In this document: piece by piece, positions 1-13,401 of the stretch | Position numbering within the stretch: the first letter of the stretch is position 1 | Layout of the letters: every line of letters begins with the position of its first letter | Assembly (NCBI GenBank): GCA_017499595.2 | Contig: CM039004.1 | Location: 3,348,001-3,412,000, forward strand | Direction of reading: 5' to 3' | Origin: Psilocybe cubensis | Lineage: Eukaryota | DNA length: 64,000 bases | The notes under the pieces: model-generated | Database searches by the model: none | What the model was told of the DNA's origin: nothing | Seen by the model: only the letters and a program-made list of their open reading frames with translations | Made by a program: the position numbers and the translations under genes

Positions 1-3000
1 TGATCCTCATTCTCATTCTCATGCGCTTTCCGATCTCGTCCCCCCGTGTCCCTTCCACTTCCACTTCCACTTACCCATTCACCTTGCCTGTCGACAACAC
101 TAACACCCATACCCATACCCACAGACGGCGGGGACGGGGGCGGGGGCGGCGTCGAAGATACCGATGCAGATACGAGCATGCTCGTGGGCATAAGCGGCGT
201 CGCGAGTTCCATTGACGTTTCGCCTTCACCTTCGTTTTCGCCTTCGTCTTCGTCGTTGCCCCCACCGTTTTCACCTTCGTTTTCATTTTCGCCTTTGCCC
301 TCTCTGACTCTTTTGATTTCTCTTTTGATTTCTCCTTCGCCATCTCCTTGACCATATCCATTCCCACCCCTCTCCAAATATTCAACACCACTTCGAGCTC
401 CAGCTGCACCGCCATCCAACACATCAGAGATAGGCACAGGCGCCAGAGCCTCGAACACAGCCGCAGCCGTAGCCACAGCCGAAGGCACGGGGACAGGCAT
501 AGGCGCTGGCACCGAAGCCTCAAACACAGGCACAGGCACCGAAGCCTCAAAAATAGGCGCTGGCGCAGGTACATGTACAGGTACATCCGAAGCGCCATAA
601 TCCAGAGCCGGGACAACACTATCAAGCGCCAAAATCGCAGAGGAAGATGTGAGAGGGGGGAGTGTAGCTGGGGAAATGGGCGGCTGCGCGGGAGAAGCAG
701 CAGGAGGAGGAGCAGCAGGAGGGTGAAGGGGGTGAAGGGGGAGGGAGGGAGTTGGCGTCCACGTCCACGTCCACGCGGAAGACAAAGGACCGGGTGCCGG
801 ATGTAGAGGTAGAGCTTGAGGCGTTGTTATTGGGGAATGTGGTGCATGAGGAAGAGGTAATAAAGATGAAGATGAGGGTGGCGGAGGAACAACAGCACAA
901 ATTCGCAGTGGAGGTGAAGATGAAGGAGGTGAAAGAGGTGACGGAGGAGGAGGAGAACAAGGTGGTAACGCCGCGAGCACGACACCGCCTTCGAATGGGG
1001 TGGAGAGGACCATGTCGGACGTACTGCCGAACAAGCTCGCATCGGTATTCGCATCGGTATTCGCATTCGCATTTACGTTCGTGTGCGCGTATGCATGCTC
1101 GCGCTCGTTTCTATCTGAGTTTGCATCCGCGTTTTCCGTCGCAGGAGGGGGTGGGGGTGGGGGTGGTGGTGAGTGGTAGTGGTAGTGGGACGAGCCACGC
1201 GCGCGCTTGGACGGCAGTGGCAGTCCGGGCAGGGGTGTCGGTAAAGGTGCGGATCGAGGTGGATGTGGATGTGGATGTGGATGTGGATGTGGATGTGGAT
1301 GTGGATGTGGATGTGGATGTGAGGGAAGATTTGCGGATGATTGCGACGGCGCAGGTAAATTCTACAAAGAAAAAAAAAGAAGAGGAGGATGAGGATGAGA
1401 GTAAAAAGGTGAAAAGTGTTAGTGTCATATAAGAAAAAAGGCAATATACAATCAAAAAGAAATGGAAAATTGGATTGGATCGGAGTGAAAGAAACGAAGT
1501 AAGATCATGCGCATGCGCATGCGCATACGTCCACACAACACACCCTCCATCACGACCGAACGGAAAGGTATCGCGGATTGCGAGGCGAGGTACACACCAT
1601 CCCAAAACGAGCGGTACAACACAGTACACAACGGACAACGGACGACCATCCCAACCCAACAAATATAAAAACCACCCGAAAAAAACAGAGATCAACAACG
1701 CGGTACGCACCTCGTTCGTTCCAACCACCACTGCCGTCGTCGTCGTCGACGATGCAGGCAGAGGTTCAAGTTCCACTTGCGTCTCGGGGTGGCGAGGTTG
1801 AACCTCGTGTGCGCGCTGATGCTCGGTATTGGATGGTATATGCTGTTGTGCTGGTGGTGCTTTCGAAGTTGGATTTGGATTTGGATTTGGACTTGGACTT
1901 GGATTTGTCCTCGACCTTGACCTTGACCTTGAGGCGCCGCTTTCGCGCTCGCGCTGGCGTGCGCGTGGAGACGAAATATCCCGCGCGTACCGATATAATC
2001 GCATATCTTCCACTTCCTTTCGCAGTCTGTTAAGAGCAATATAACGGATGAACAGTCAGCAAGTTTTCGTGTATCCCACAGTTGATGGAAAAGGAAAGGG
2101 AATGTTAAATGTTAAGGGAAGAGGGAAGAGGGCAGAAGGAAGAGGTCGTTGGACGAGGAACATATCGGGAAATGCAAAGTAAAACGACAACGATAATGAC
2201 TTCCCAAGAGGGAAAACGAAAAGCACAAATGTGAGTGGGAGGATGAGTTGAGGGATAAACGATATCGCAAATGAAGTGTTTACCCAAAGGACGTGAAAAA
2301 AAAGGAGGAAGGGGAAGAAGAAATAAAAAAATGAAAAATGAAAATAAAAGTAAAAATAAAAATAAAAATAAAAACGTGAAGGAAAAAAAAGGAAAGAAAA
2401 AAAGAACACAAGCGAACGAAGGAACGAAGGAACGAAGACAACAGAGAAAGGAATACACAAGAACGGGTTTCTCTTTTTTTTAAAAAAAAAAGAAAGAAAG
2501 AAAGAAAGAGAGGCAGGACGTACCGCGCACAAACCCTTTCCAGCACCTCCACCCTCATCCTCAAATCCTCCACCGTCCTTTCCTCTCCCCCTCCTCCTCC
2601 TCCTCCTCCTCCTTGTCCATCCACGCGTAGCTCCATACCACGACCTTCATACTCATCCTCGCTCGCCTGCCCACCACCACCACCACCTCCGCGAAAAACA
2701 ACATCCTCCCACGCACCCCTCTCCGCGCGAAACCTATCCACCTGCCGCCCAAGCTCGCCAATCTCCGCTTCGAGCTCGTCGAGGTGTAACGACGGTTCCA
2801 ATTGTTCTGATTTTTCAGGTTTAGTTTCGCGGTGGATATAGGAAGACGCCGGTTTTTGTTTCTGTGTCTGCGTCTGCGTCTGCTGCGTGGGCGGATTAGG
2901 ATTCGGGTCGGGAGGCGGCATCGGTAAAGGCCGCGGACGCGGGATAGGCTCTCTATCCCCATCATACTTATCCTCCAACTCCCACTCCGAGTGCGCGTGC

Positions 3001-5088
3001 GCGTGCGGTGGGCGAGCGGGAGATGCGGGAGATGCGGGGGATAGGGGAGAAGCGGGATAAGAGGGATAAGCGGGATAACCAGGAGAAGGCGATGTCGGAT
3101 GTCGGCGGGGCGGAAGAGGTGATGCGTGTGTTGGCGTGGGCGTGGGTGTGGGTGTGGGCGTGGTGGTTGAATTTGAGGAGGGGGTGGTGGTGTTTGATTT
3201 GATTGTCGATGACGCAGAGCCAGAGCCAGAGGCGGAGGTGGTGGAAGAGGACGCGCGGGCTTTTGCCAGCTAGTATATCCACCCACCCGTATTGTATATG
3301 AACACATCCATAATCATCACCATCACCACAATTATCATAACCAAAAATCCAAAATAAAATAAATCAAAGAAAACGCATCGGCAACACGACACGACAAGAC
3401 ATCAGATCATAGAATAAGCATAAGCATAAGAATAAGAATGAAGTAAAGAAAGAAATCGACGCACCCGTTCGCTCAGCTCGTGGATCTCAGCTTCGAGCAT
3501 GCGGTTGCGCGTAACCGTCACATCAAGCATCGCGATGATCTCCTCTTCCGCATCCACATCCGCATCCCCTCCCTCCTCTCCCTCCCCTCCCTCCTCTCCC
3601 TCCTCTCCCTCCTCCTCCGGCTCCGTTTCATCCCCACCCGCACCCGCACCCCCAGCCCAACCACACAACCTCTCAAGCTCAACCTCCCTCCTCGCAACCT
3701 TGGCCTCCAACACCCTCACCCGCGCCTGCGTCCGCGCATGCGCGGCGCGCTCGTGCGCGAGCTGCGTGCTGAGGTGCTGGGTTAGCGATGGGGTGTATGA
3801 TGATGTGGGCGGTGGTTGGTTGTGGGAGTGGGAGTGGGTGAGGGAGGGGGGGTGGTGTGGTGAGGTGCGCTGGGAGGGGTGGGTTGTGCTGGGTATGGAG
3901 TGGTGCTGGTGCTTCGATGGATTGTGGGATTTAGTGTTATACGACGCTGGTACTGGTACACAGGAGAGTGGACCGGGGACGGGTATGGATATATCGTCTA
4001 GGGTTGCGTACAAATGTATGGGTTTACACGCGTGTGAATACAGCGAGATTGCGAGGTGGAAGGAAATGGAAACGTCAATGACAACGTGAGTGCGAGGTAC
4101 AGGTAAGTAGCTGAAGAAAAGCAGGTCAAGAAAAGGGGAGGGGACGTACCAGCCAATTCGGAGAGCCGCATCCGCGCTACAGGCCACTTTTTGTAATCGT
4201 GTTCGAGCTCGACTTGAAAAAAGAAAGAAAGAAAGAAAGCGTAAGGAATGTTATTATCATCCATCAACCAGCTCCTCAAAAATAAAAAAAGGCACCCCAA
4301 AACAAACAGAAAACACAAAACAAAAAAACACAAAAAAAAACAAAAAAAACGAAACCCACCCACCTCTCTCAACCAACCCCCCAACAACCACCCTCATCCC
4401 CTCAACCTCCCCGCGCACCTCCATCTCCCTGCGTTCAGCCTCCGCGCGCCGCCGCCGCTCGCCAAGCAATGCGCGCTGGAGCGCGGCGGTGTCGTGTGTG
4501 TATGTCGTATGGAGGGTGTCGAGCGCGTCGAGGGTGCGGAGGAGGCGGGTGTGGATGTGTGTGAGTTTTAGGGTTTGGGGGGTTGGTTTTGTTGGGTTGG
4601 GTGCGGGTGCGGGAGCGGGAGCGGGTGCGGGTGCGGGTGCAGGTTTGGATTTGGATGGGGATGGGGGTAGGGGTTTGGATTTAGAGGGGTGTGCGGGTGC
4701 GGGTGTAGATTTGGATTTAGATGGCGGTGGGGGCGAATGGCTGGGTGGTGGATAACGCTGATACATCCAACATCCGACATCCGACATCCAACACCAAATA
4801 TCCAACAGCCAACAAACAAACAATCGACACACCGAGCAAACGAGAACCAGAGATATCGATGAGAACCAGACACCTGGTAGACGAAACGCGGAACGTACAT
4901 ACTTCTTGAACTTGACCATAAGTTTGGAACTTTGCATTCTTTCCATTCTCTACATTCTTTTCTACTATCGCTGTCGCTTCTGTATCTGCGTGCGTCTTCT
5001 GTTGTTGTTGTTGGTGTTGCTGCTGCTGCTGCTGGATGTGCGAAGCTTTCGGTTTCGCCCTCGATGCGCTAGGCTTGGGTGGACCCAT
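1..5088 (-). CDS. Large low-complexity (Pro/Ser/His-rich) protein with coiled-coil segments, unknown function; 3' end runs off the window
   Basis: Phase-consistent GT-AG model with exons 5088-4903, 4757-4364, 4212-4150, 3997-3465, 3269-2524, 2026-1711 and 1361-<1. It joins the track ORF pieces MGPPKPS..., RYPPPSH..., VELEHDYKKWPVARMRL, QLAHERAAHARTQARVRVLEAKVARREVELE, LDELEAEIGELGRQVDRFRAER and LRKEVEDMR. The last exon is stop-free to position 1. Confidence 0.8.
1258..1322. repeat. (GGATGT)n hexamer microsatellite, ~10 copies, encoding poly-(HP) in the minus-strand gene
   Basis: Visible directly in the sequence. Confidence 0.95.
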
Positions 5089-5879
5089 CGTTTCTCGAGT
5101 GAGTAATGTAGTTTGTAGTTTGTAGTTTGTCGGAGCGATTTGAGTGATGAAGCTAGATTAACTCCTACTCCCCGTTCCCCGTTCCCCGTGGACCGTGAAC
5201 CGTGAACTGTGAACCGAAGATGTAAGTAAGAAAAGCGGACGGAATCAGATACTCTGTACTGTATCGCTGTATACAGATTCCAGAACCTTGACAATTCAAT
5301 GACGATGAGCGCGAGACTTCGCCTTCGCGGGGGGCACTTCGACGATCACTGCCGGCGAAGGCGATTCAGAAGCTGAGCGTTGACGCTGACGCTGACGATC
5401 CGGGTATACAGTGTAACAGCATCCAGTACTCCAACCACAGATTTAGCTTCGCCTCCAAGAGATTCAACGTACAAGATTTCACGATTTCACGGTTTCACGG
5501 TTTCAGGGAGAGGAGAGCAAGATGGATGTGAGGGTGGGTATGGGCGAAGGGATCCGGGAGTTCAAGACAAAGACCCGGCGGTTAGTTTGAGCGGAGTGGA
5601 GGGGTGGCAAGAAGGAGGGAGGGTTAGGGTTTGTGCGAACCCGTGATCTGGGTTCAGTCACTAGTGTAAGTTAGAGCGGAGATGGATTGTTCGGCGGGTA
5701 TCACCGACTCGTAAGTCTACAAGCGACGATTCAGATGTCCTCGAGCGTCGACTCTTTCATCTTGGATTTTGGATTTTGGATTTTGTGACGATTTACGACT
5801 TATACACTTCCTTCTTTATTTCTGACCGGATATCTGCCCATCTGATGAATTAAGAAAGAAATATAACAGTAGCCAAATA

Positions 5880-5901
5880 CCCCCCGCCCCCCCCCCCCCC
5901 C
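5880..5901. repeat. Poly-C tract at the edge of the microsatellite-rich domain
   Basis: ccccccgcccccccccccccc. Confidence 0.9.
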
Positions 5902-6169
5902 AGCTTTCATGCGTCATATCAACATGCATGCAAGTTCCAGGTGGGAGGTTTCGTTATTGATATATTGTTATTGTTGTTACTAACAGGCCACAGACGACTT
6001 AGAATAATTCTCATCTAATCCGGAGGGTATGAACTTTCTCGACCCCGCCAATTAGCTTTGTATGTCAGGTACAGGCATCATCCTCATCCCAACTAGACCG
6101 TTTGTCTCAATGAGCTCCTCACTGAATAAAATTGTACCTCTTCTGACCTCGTAACTTATCGTCCTCAGG

Positions 6170-7066
6170 TACCTGAATGAGCCATCCACCACCTCCATGA
6201 GTGCTGCGTCCAAACTTGGGAAGCAGAATTGCTATATTGGCATCATTCATGGCGGAGTTTGGTTCATTTATTCAGAACCATCAGGACAGGCGGCACAAAC
6301 CCGCACTAGTTTGCACACGGACTTCATATTATTATCCTGAGAGTTATGCTAGCATTCCAGCGATATTTACCCACAGTTCCCACTTCTATATTGGAGAAAT
6401 TGAAGCTAATCATCGAAAAGGATCCATTCACATGGAACTGAACTGTGAAGAGGGCACCGGGGGTTAACCCTGGCAAGCCTCTCGCCAAGCTCGAACATGC
6501 CGGCAATGGGGTATGATAAACAATTTCCTTTTCTCATCTTCAGAATGTAAAAACCGTATCTGACGATTCGTGTTGGTTCTGTAGGATGACTACTACCATC
6601 GCTCAGAAATGCGGGACGGCAACAGGTACGAATCGGAGTCAACCCATTGTCTAGTCAACGAACACAACAAAAAAACTGGCTATACATTTCGAAATTAGCG
6701 CTTCCAGACATACTCCGAAGCGAAGACTGTTGACAGCAAACGAAGATTATTATGTACAACGCACCTTTTATTGTTCTTCCCAGTATCTAACATTCCATCT
6801 TCTCCCTCCCTCTCTTAATATTATTCAGGGGCGCATCCGCGCCAGCACTTAAATGTCCACTAACAGGCTTACCACTGGTATGTGGAAGTGGAACGAGCAT
6901 CTGGGCGCAGACCGAGGTTCTACAGGACCAAGAGGGAGGTGTAAGCAGGGTCGAGGCACCACCGCGCTGTCTAGCCGATGGGTTCTCGCAGAGGCGTCTG
7001 GTGATTCATAATTGTGAGCGTCACCGAAAAAAGGACGGAGGGACCATTATGTAGGTGGGATAATAT
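6170..7066 (+). pseudogene. Decayed paralog of the 3' half of unknown gene X (17944-19762)
   Basis: CYIGIIHGGVWF matches X's CRYIDIAHGGIWF. The DNA gtgaagagggcaccggggg...gg|gtatgataaacaatttccttttctcatcttcaga matches X 19058-19154, including the intron donor. APPRCLADGFSQRRLVIHNCERHRKKDG matches X's AAPSCLATAFQQSHLLMHKRERHHKNG. Frameshifts and stops lie between the blocks, and no 5' exons are recognisable. Confidence 0.75.
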
Positions 7067-8219
7067 AAACGTCGCACATCAAAGGCATCGTTGTGTCAGA
7101 GCGAGGTAAGAGATCAGATAACACTTTGGTTTTCATTGAGCTAATGTCTCCGTGATAATCAAAGGCGCAGTGACCGTGGGACATCTTACTGTGACGAATG
7201 GCCATGGATACGCCATGGAACCTTTCTTTTTTTCTTCCTTTCCTTTCCTTTCCTTTCTTCCCTCACCTGCCCCTCACCGTCGCCATCTCCACTCCGGACA
7301 CTCCTACTCTCCCAAACTCGTCTGTGGTGTAGTACATCATATCTACGCACGGATAACCATCTCAGCGATGTACATTGTATCCACCTAGAGTTTTCGCGTC
7401 GACTACCCCTCGTAGGCTAGCCTTGATCCTCCGCCCCAAGGCGACACTGCTCACCTACGGTTTATGCGGTGTTTGGCGGGCGCATGGGCGGTAGGTCGAA
7501 CTCCACCCTAAGCCTAAGATGGTCAGCGGACGTATGTATCTCATTGTGGATTCAGTACTCCGTGCCCGCGTAGCAAACACGAGATTGATACAAAGGATAA
7601 CGCCAGTGGTTCGGAGATGCATTGTCGATCACTGAATATCGATTATGGATTATGCGATGCGCTTGATTCCGCGCAGTGCGCATCGTCCTCTCCACCTCTT
7701 CCAGCCCCCGTCTGCGTGGTCATCCGTAGAATTGTGGCCTATACTATATCCCCCAGTTATTGTGCTCCTTTTTGCTCTAAAGGCGTGCTACTGGAGGGGG
7801 TATGTCGACACCTAATTCGGTCGGATGGTTATGCAGTGCAATGGGTGGTTGAGTTGGATTAAGTATGGAGCACACCGTACTGGTAAATCCGCAAGCTCTT
7901 TTATTCGGCCACAACAATTATCAACGACCTCAGAGAGTCATCGCTGTGTTATTTTTCTACTGATTGTTCCAAACTAGATAACAAACTGTACACCGTAACT
8001 GTGTGGCGGAATCAAAAGCATTGATTGTACGATTATGGTTGGCCCCTGGCCATCTGTCTGATTAAGCCTGTGGGTTGGCTCAGTGGTCTTTTTGATAGAC
8101 ACTCCTACTGACAGTATGTTTCCATCAGACACCAACATTTCAAATCACTTGTTTCCATATGAAATGGCATAAGATTGACTAATAGATACGGAGCTGAGTA
8201 AAGCCTAGCAATGCCCTCA

Positions 8220-8495
8220 TTAACTGAACGTTGTCTGTGAGTCCGCCTTCTGCTGATAGAAATGCATACTTAGCATCATGTTCTCCGATATCCAAATACA
8301 GAAGACTTACCAGCTCATCGAGCGGAATGGCCATTTTGGGGTCGGCGGACGAAATATGTGTCTGTATGATCCCGACGCTAATGGGTTTTTGTGCGGGGGC
8401 CTTGCTATTGCTTGCTGACAAGGCCGTAGTGGTCCTCATTCCTGGTCTCACTGCAAAAGTGGAGTGAAAATTTGTACCCAGAGTTCTACGCGCCT
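8220..8495 (-). pseudogene. 3'-terminal fragment of a DUF6534 gene paralog (last exon, last intron and part of the penultimate exon), inverted relative to the intact copy
   Basis: TFAVRPGMRTTTALSASNSKAPAQKPISVGIIQTHISSADPKMAIPLDEL aligns with TFAVLPAMNTTALLSANSTKKSSRQHISVEIIQTQTLSVDPEMAIPLDEL at ~28790-28939. Both have an intron after DEL, followed by QKADSQTTFS* here and HKGDSQTVFG in the intact gene. No upstream exons were found. Confidence 0.8.
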
Positions 8496-10335
8496 GGGAA
8501 AAGTGAAACTATGATTGCCCAAGTCTAACAAATCCGAACAAGTCAATGACTGATTATTATGATTAACGAGTGACGGTAAAAAATCTACTGGTGCCCATAT
8601 GTCAAATAAAAATTCATTATATAACACTTATTCTGTACTTTTTGTCGAGAAATATGAATTGGAAATGCATCATCCGAACCATATCTCCCTACGCTATACA
8701 TGTACCAACGGCCGCCGGTAGTGCCATTAGTAGATCCACTAGCTTAAAAATATAAAAATTTTATGCAAGTTCTACCAGCAGCAATTTTTTCAAAGTCGAT
8801 AGTGTTTGAGTTCGAAATTTAGTTACAAGTTTAATAACGACCCCTTTTTGTCCATGTCTCCGCGGACCCCGCGACGCGTCTGTCGTTAAAACGACGTGAT
8901 TCTTTCCCACGCGCATTGCAAACAAACCTTTCTTCTCTCATTCCTTTCCTTTCATCCCTCGCTGTCACTATCATTGTATCCTGCCCACTTCCACTGCGAT
9001 ACATTGTGCTATGTCCAACCGAAGCCAACCGAAGCGGTCTCCCATGAAGACTTATCCACTTTGGCTGCACAATCTATTGGTTCATTGTCGATTATTAGAT
9101 GTGGATTATAAGTTGCGCTTGCATACTCACCCATTCAACAAAATCTCGTCCTTCAAGTTCCCGGGAAGGACTCGTAATCTTTATCTCATTGAAGGGTGGT
9201 GTTGATTTTGGCTTTAGAGCCCAATTGTTGACTCTTCTTCATTCGAGATCCCTCATCATCATCTATGAGAATTGCTAGTCAACTCAAGACTTATCGTGCG
9301 ACAACACTTCCTGTATATCTACCTTTCACGCCGTCAACTCCACCATCTGCACATTTTGACTCAAATGTGCAGATAGTCTTCGATTTCTTTCTCCGACGGG
9401 GCTTTCCGGAATATCTGGAACCGGGGTAACCCTCAACCCTGCTTTCTACGTATATAAGCCACCGTGCCACTCACATACGCTTCCCTCTCGCCGACACCTT
9501 TTACCGTCCCAACGCACCCAGTCTTCTGCTTCACCTCGGTTTGTGTCAGCGTCTTTGACGACCGAAGCTACGGGGGTTTGTATGATTTGCGGATCAAAGG
9601 TGTCTTCAATGATGCGAAATACGGCTAGATTTTATCAGTGCGTGCTATGTATTCTTTCTTTCTTGCTCGGGCTTGTTCGATTTCAAGATCTGCATGACAC
9701 AGAGCTGTTGATGACCCACTCAGTTGCGCCTCATGTTTTTGTTCTGAGATCGGTTGCGTCGATCGTGTGGCATTGTGCTGTAACACCTAGATACGGAGCT
9801 ACGTCAACCTGCTCAATGCTGATTGAACAGATTGAACCCAGTTCATCGCCCTCATCTCCTAGAACTCTCATGTCACCGCGCATCGAAGCCTACTGGATGG
9901 AGTCACTTGATGATGTTCTACACGAATCATGCCGATTGGCAACGCTGCCATTGTTGAATCCACATTACGAGTCAAGAGGTGCGTGATCTTGGGATCCCAT
10001 CATCGTTCATACGCACACCATGGATGCGTCATTAATCATCGTTTATCGATTGAGACTACTTATGCATTACAATCGGAGAAACACCCACCAGGAGAATCAT
10101 ATCCCACTATGTGATGTGTAATGTCTTGAGCCCTTAGAATCTGCTTGCAGATGTAATACTACACCGTCTGATACCGACATTGTCGGCGTCGGCGGAGGGG
10201 TTCGATGCCACCGTTTCATGTGTCGGGTATGATTCTGGCTGATACGTTGTCCATAGGAATATATATATGTGCCTTGTACTGGTGACAATCCTTGGGCAGG
10301 ACTCTTAGAGTGTTGGTATACCCTAGCCACATCCT

Positions 10336-10852
10336 GGGGGTGTCAATTTGTCGGCTGCATCTTTCTTTTTAATTTTAACCAGTTGAGAAATTCTTGTAGA
10401 CAACAGCTCAGAAATGCTTCGCTGACTAGTCCCTCCTGCCATGTTGTATTGGTAAATATTCTGCGGATACCATTCTTATTGTGTTGTCTTACGCACTGCT
10501 TTTCCCCCTCTGTAATCCTTTTTTATCCGAGGACTAAAATATTGAAGCTCCAGACACATCTCTACCCCGCCATTGACAATCGCGTATTTACCCCTTCACC
10601 CTCACTCAATACAGCCTGAGGATATGAGAGGCTTACGGGACACATGTGTATATAACTGAAGAAAATCCATGGAAAAAGATTTAGAAAACCTACTTGGTAT
10701 TGTAAACAATGTATGCTGCCACATGCCAAAAAGACAGGCCTTGACATTTTCTTAATGTTGAATACGAAGTCAATTGAAAGGTAGTTAATTCTCTTCAACT
10801 TTTCTCCTCAAGAAAGGCATTCTGTAGTTATCATCCCAATTTACACCCCCAA
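10336..10852. mobile_element. Possible non-autonomous DNA transposon (MITE/MULE-like), ~515 bp
   Basis: Terminal GGGGGTGTCAATT and AATTTACACCCCC form a 12/13 inverted match. The interior is AT-rich and non-coding. The flanks CCACATCCT and CCACTTCCT resemble a 9-bp TSD but are offset by 2 nt. Confidence 0.35.
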
Positions 10853-10897
10853 CCACTTCCTAAAGTTGTTGATAATATGACGCTCGGTTTGTCATCA

Positions 10898-11304
10898 TCA
10901 GATGCATCCAACTTGGAATCCAAACGACTCAGTTCCTGGAGCCCTGATGCAGCTATTCCCTCCCGGACACGCAGCCGGAACAGTCCACTCGTTATGATCA
11001 CACTCGCCATGCGCCTGGAAATACCACGATAATCGTAATCGAGCGTGAATAGACATTCAGTGGATAGACATCTTACCCATGTGTGGATCATGGCGTCGTC
11101 GAGGTCGGTGATGCGGATGCTGTTCACGCCGCTCTGGGTGATGCATCCGTTGGTGGCAAATGTGCCGCTGTCGACAGCCAGGAGGTCCTGGCAATTGTCG
11201 TCAGAGTAAAGCTCGATTCTGTAGGAGCTTGCAGTGACGCCGTTGAACGCCATCATGGCAGAGAGCATGCCAGTGTACAATGCGAGGAGGATGCGGTTCT
11301 GCAT
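10898..11304 (-). CDS. Small secreted cysteine-rich protein (114 aa, 6 Cys), effector-like
   Basis: Exons 11304-11077 and 11014-10898 with a GTAAGA...TTCCAG intron in phase 0. The N-terminus MQNRILLALYTGMLSAMMAFNGVTA is signal-peptide-like. The spliced C-terminus is AHGECDHNEWTVPAACPGGNSCIRAPGTESFGFQVGCI*. A TATAAAA lies upstream. Confidence 0.8.
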
Positions 11305-11385
11305 TTCGAAGTGTCTGTTGGATTGGGGCTTGACTCCTGTTTGAGAATGAGACTGAGATGAATATTTTGCGATTCATTGGTTGTC

Positions 11386-11392
11386 TTTTATA
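11386..11392 (-). promoter_or_regulatory. TATA box of the small secreted protein gene
   Basis: TATAAAA on the minus strand ~80 nt upstream of the ATG. Confidence 0.55.
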
Positions 11393-13401
11393 CCTCGTCA
11401 AGGTACCCTTTAAGATTCCATGACCGTTACAAATACAGTTGCACAGTTGCTGACTGGTGGGGTATGGTGTGGGACTATGTGATTTTCTTACAAGGCCGCG
11501 TGGTGTATTACATCAAGAGATTTGCTACAAGTGTAAAGCTCTATATTTGAAAAATGTATTTCTGTCGTGAACTCGGCAGAGATGGCGGTATCAGCGGGTC
11601 GAAGATATCTAAGTTTCGCTTCTTGATCATTGTGTAATGCCAAATCCTCATTGTGTTTGGCGCTGGACTGCTGAGAAACTTGGTTACTTTTCAGATTAGA
11701 CAATGTACATAGTGCTTCAAACGACAGGATATTATGCACAAATGATGTCCCTCACTGTCTTGTGGCCTTGCACCTGTGCTATGTACGAAGGGAAAAGCGA
11801 CGGGCACGGAATCAGCCATGAGAAAAGATGTCCAGTTCCAAAACTTCTATTATTGGACAAAGGGTATTTGAAGCGCCTTGCTTACAGCCGAAGCTATGGT
11901 GCAAGATAATCTAATCTAACTGCGTAGGGAAGCATGTTTAACAACTAGAAAACCAGTCATTGGAGTCCGGTAATCAGACCGAATGAAGAAGCATAGAAAA
12001 GATGTAGAAATCCTTCTTTCTTTTAACAGACGGAGGTATAAATCATCCTCCTGAAACATGGAATACGGTCCGTGAAAACAAACATTTTCCCAATACGACT
12101 GAAATGAAATTATAAGCTGCCTCAAATTGTTCTCCGGGACGAAGTTCAATCGAGAGTCGAGATTGACTGCCAAACAACACGCTCGATAGCTTCATCGGTA
12201 ATAACCGTGTCGGTAGGCCCCAGGAGGCTGCCCTATATGGTTGTCTAGATTTTGGCGGATTGGAGACCTCAAATCTTCAATTCATTGTCCATGTCTCGTG
12301 GATTTGAGTGCATCACAGGCATATTTTGATCAAAATATTCTCCATTTTTGGCGTGTTTAGGGTAAAAACCTTGGCCAAATTTGGTACAAAACTGGACCCG
12401 TGGGCAAAACTTCCCAATAAGAAATAATTTGAGGTTCAAAATCGGGTTTTCAGGCGGACATGCCAATAGTGGAGCGCCCCGAGGCCTGTGTCGGCACGCA
12501 GTTCATTATCGGGATATTCGTTGGCCTTCTTTCCTCGCCAATTGCCTAGTTCCATATATCCTTTCCCTGACTCCCACACCGCTTCCAACTTGTCCCCTTC
12601 AACTCCCACTTCCCCGTTACCTCCATGCTTTCCTAACCACTACAATACTTTGTTCTCACCACTTCAAATTCCTGCCTCTAATTTCAGACTTCTGTGGTTG
12701 ATTTTTATCTTACCATGACACCTCTTGTCGATGAGGGGAATGCTTGCGGTTTGAAGTCCCGTGTCCTGAGGTGTAGAACGGTATTTCTATGCTCGACGGG
12801 GTAACTTTTAATCCCTTTGGCTCTATTTTGGGACTTCAAGAAACCATCTCCCTGTTAAATGTCCGCTGTGGGTATCCTCTCTTTTGTAATGGTATTCATC
12901 TTTCTCGGAGACTTGTCATCGTGGACCACAAGAATTCCAAATCCATTCTTCAAGTATCACCATATGTGATATTGGGTGTACAACATAATCTGCCTTGATA
13001 CACACGGTCGATAAAGTTGTATGGCGGGTTCCAGAAGCCAACGTATGTTTGTCTGATGTCGTTACGCCGTTCGGCTTAAGAAGCCCCAGCTTCTGTTTCA
13101 TTGATAACTCGTGTATCAGCTTATGGATTGCTGACAGAGTCCATACTTGCCCACTAGAGTGGTGCATGCTGGTGGTTGTGCACATCGTTGGATCAGGATT
13201 ACCTGGCTTGCACTCATGCTCTCACATTCCTATTGTACGTGCACCAGAACCTCACGTTGTCAAAGTAGCTCATTACACTGTCTGAAATATGGGTTTATGA
13301 CTGACCCGTAGTATGACTAGGCTCGATCCTCATTTATTCCGCCGTCGGGGAGCCTGATTCATTGTTTTAAAAGTTGACCAGGAGGCTGGAACATCATGAA
13401 G

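Noticed and set aside
21-5106. Many plus-strand and alternative-frame ORFs (poly-DV, poly-GA and similar)
   Set aside because: They are antisense or off-frame shadows of the GC-rich low-complexity minus-strand gene, which has a phase-consistent splice model.
8072-8135. tRNA-like A-box TGGCTCAGTGG
   Set aside because: No T-arm GTTCRA and no cloverleaf follow.
12230-13285. Possible transposon remnant (palindromic AT-rich segment followed by short ORFs)
   Set aside because: I could not identify a matching TIR, TSD or transposase motif.
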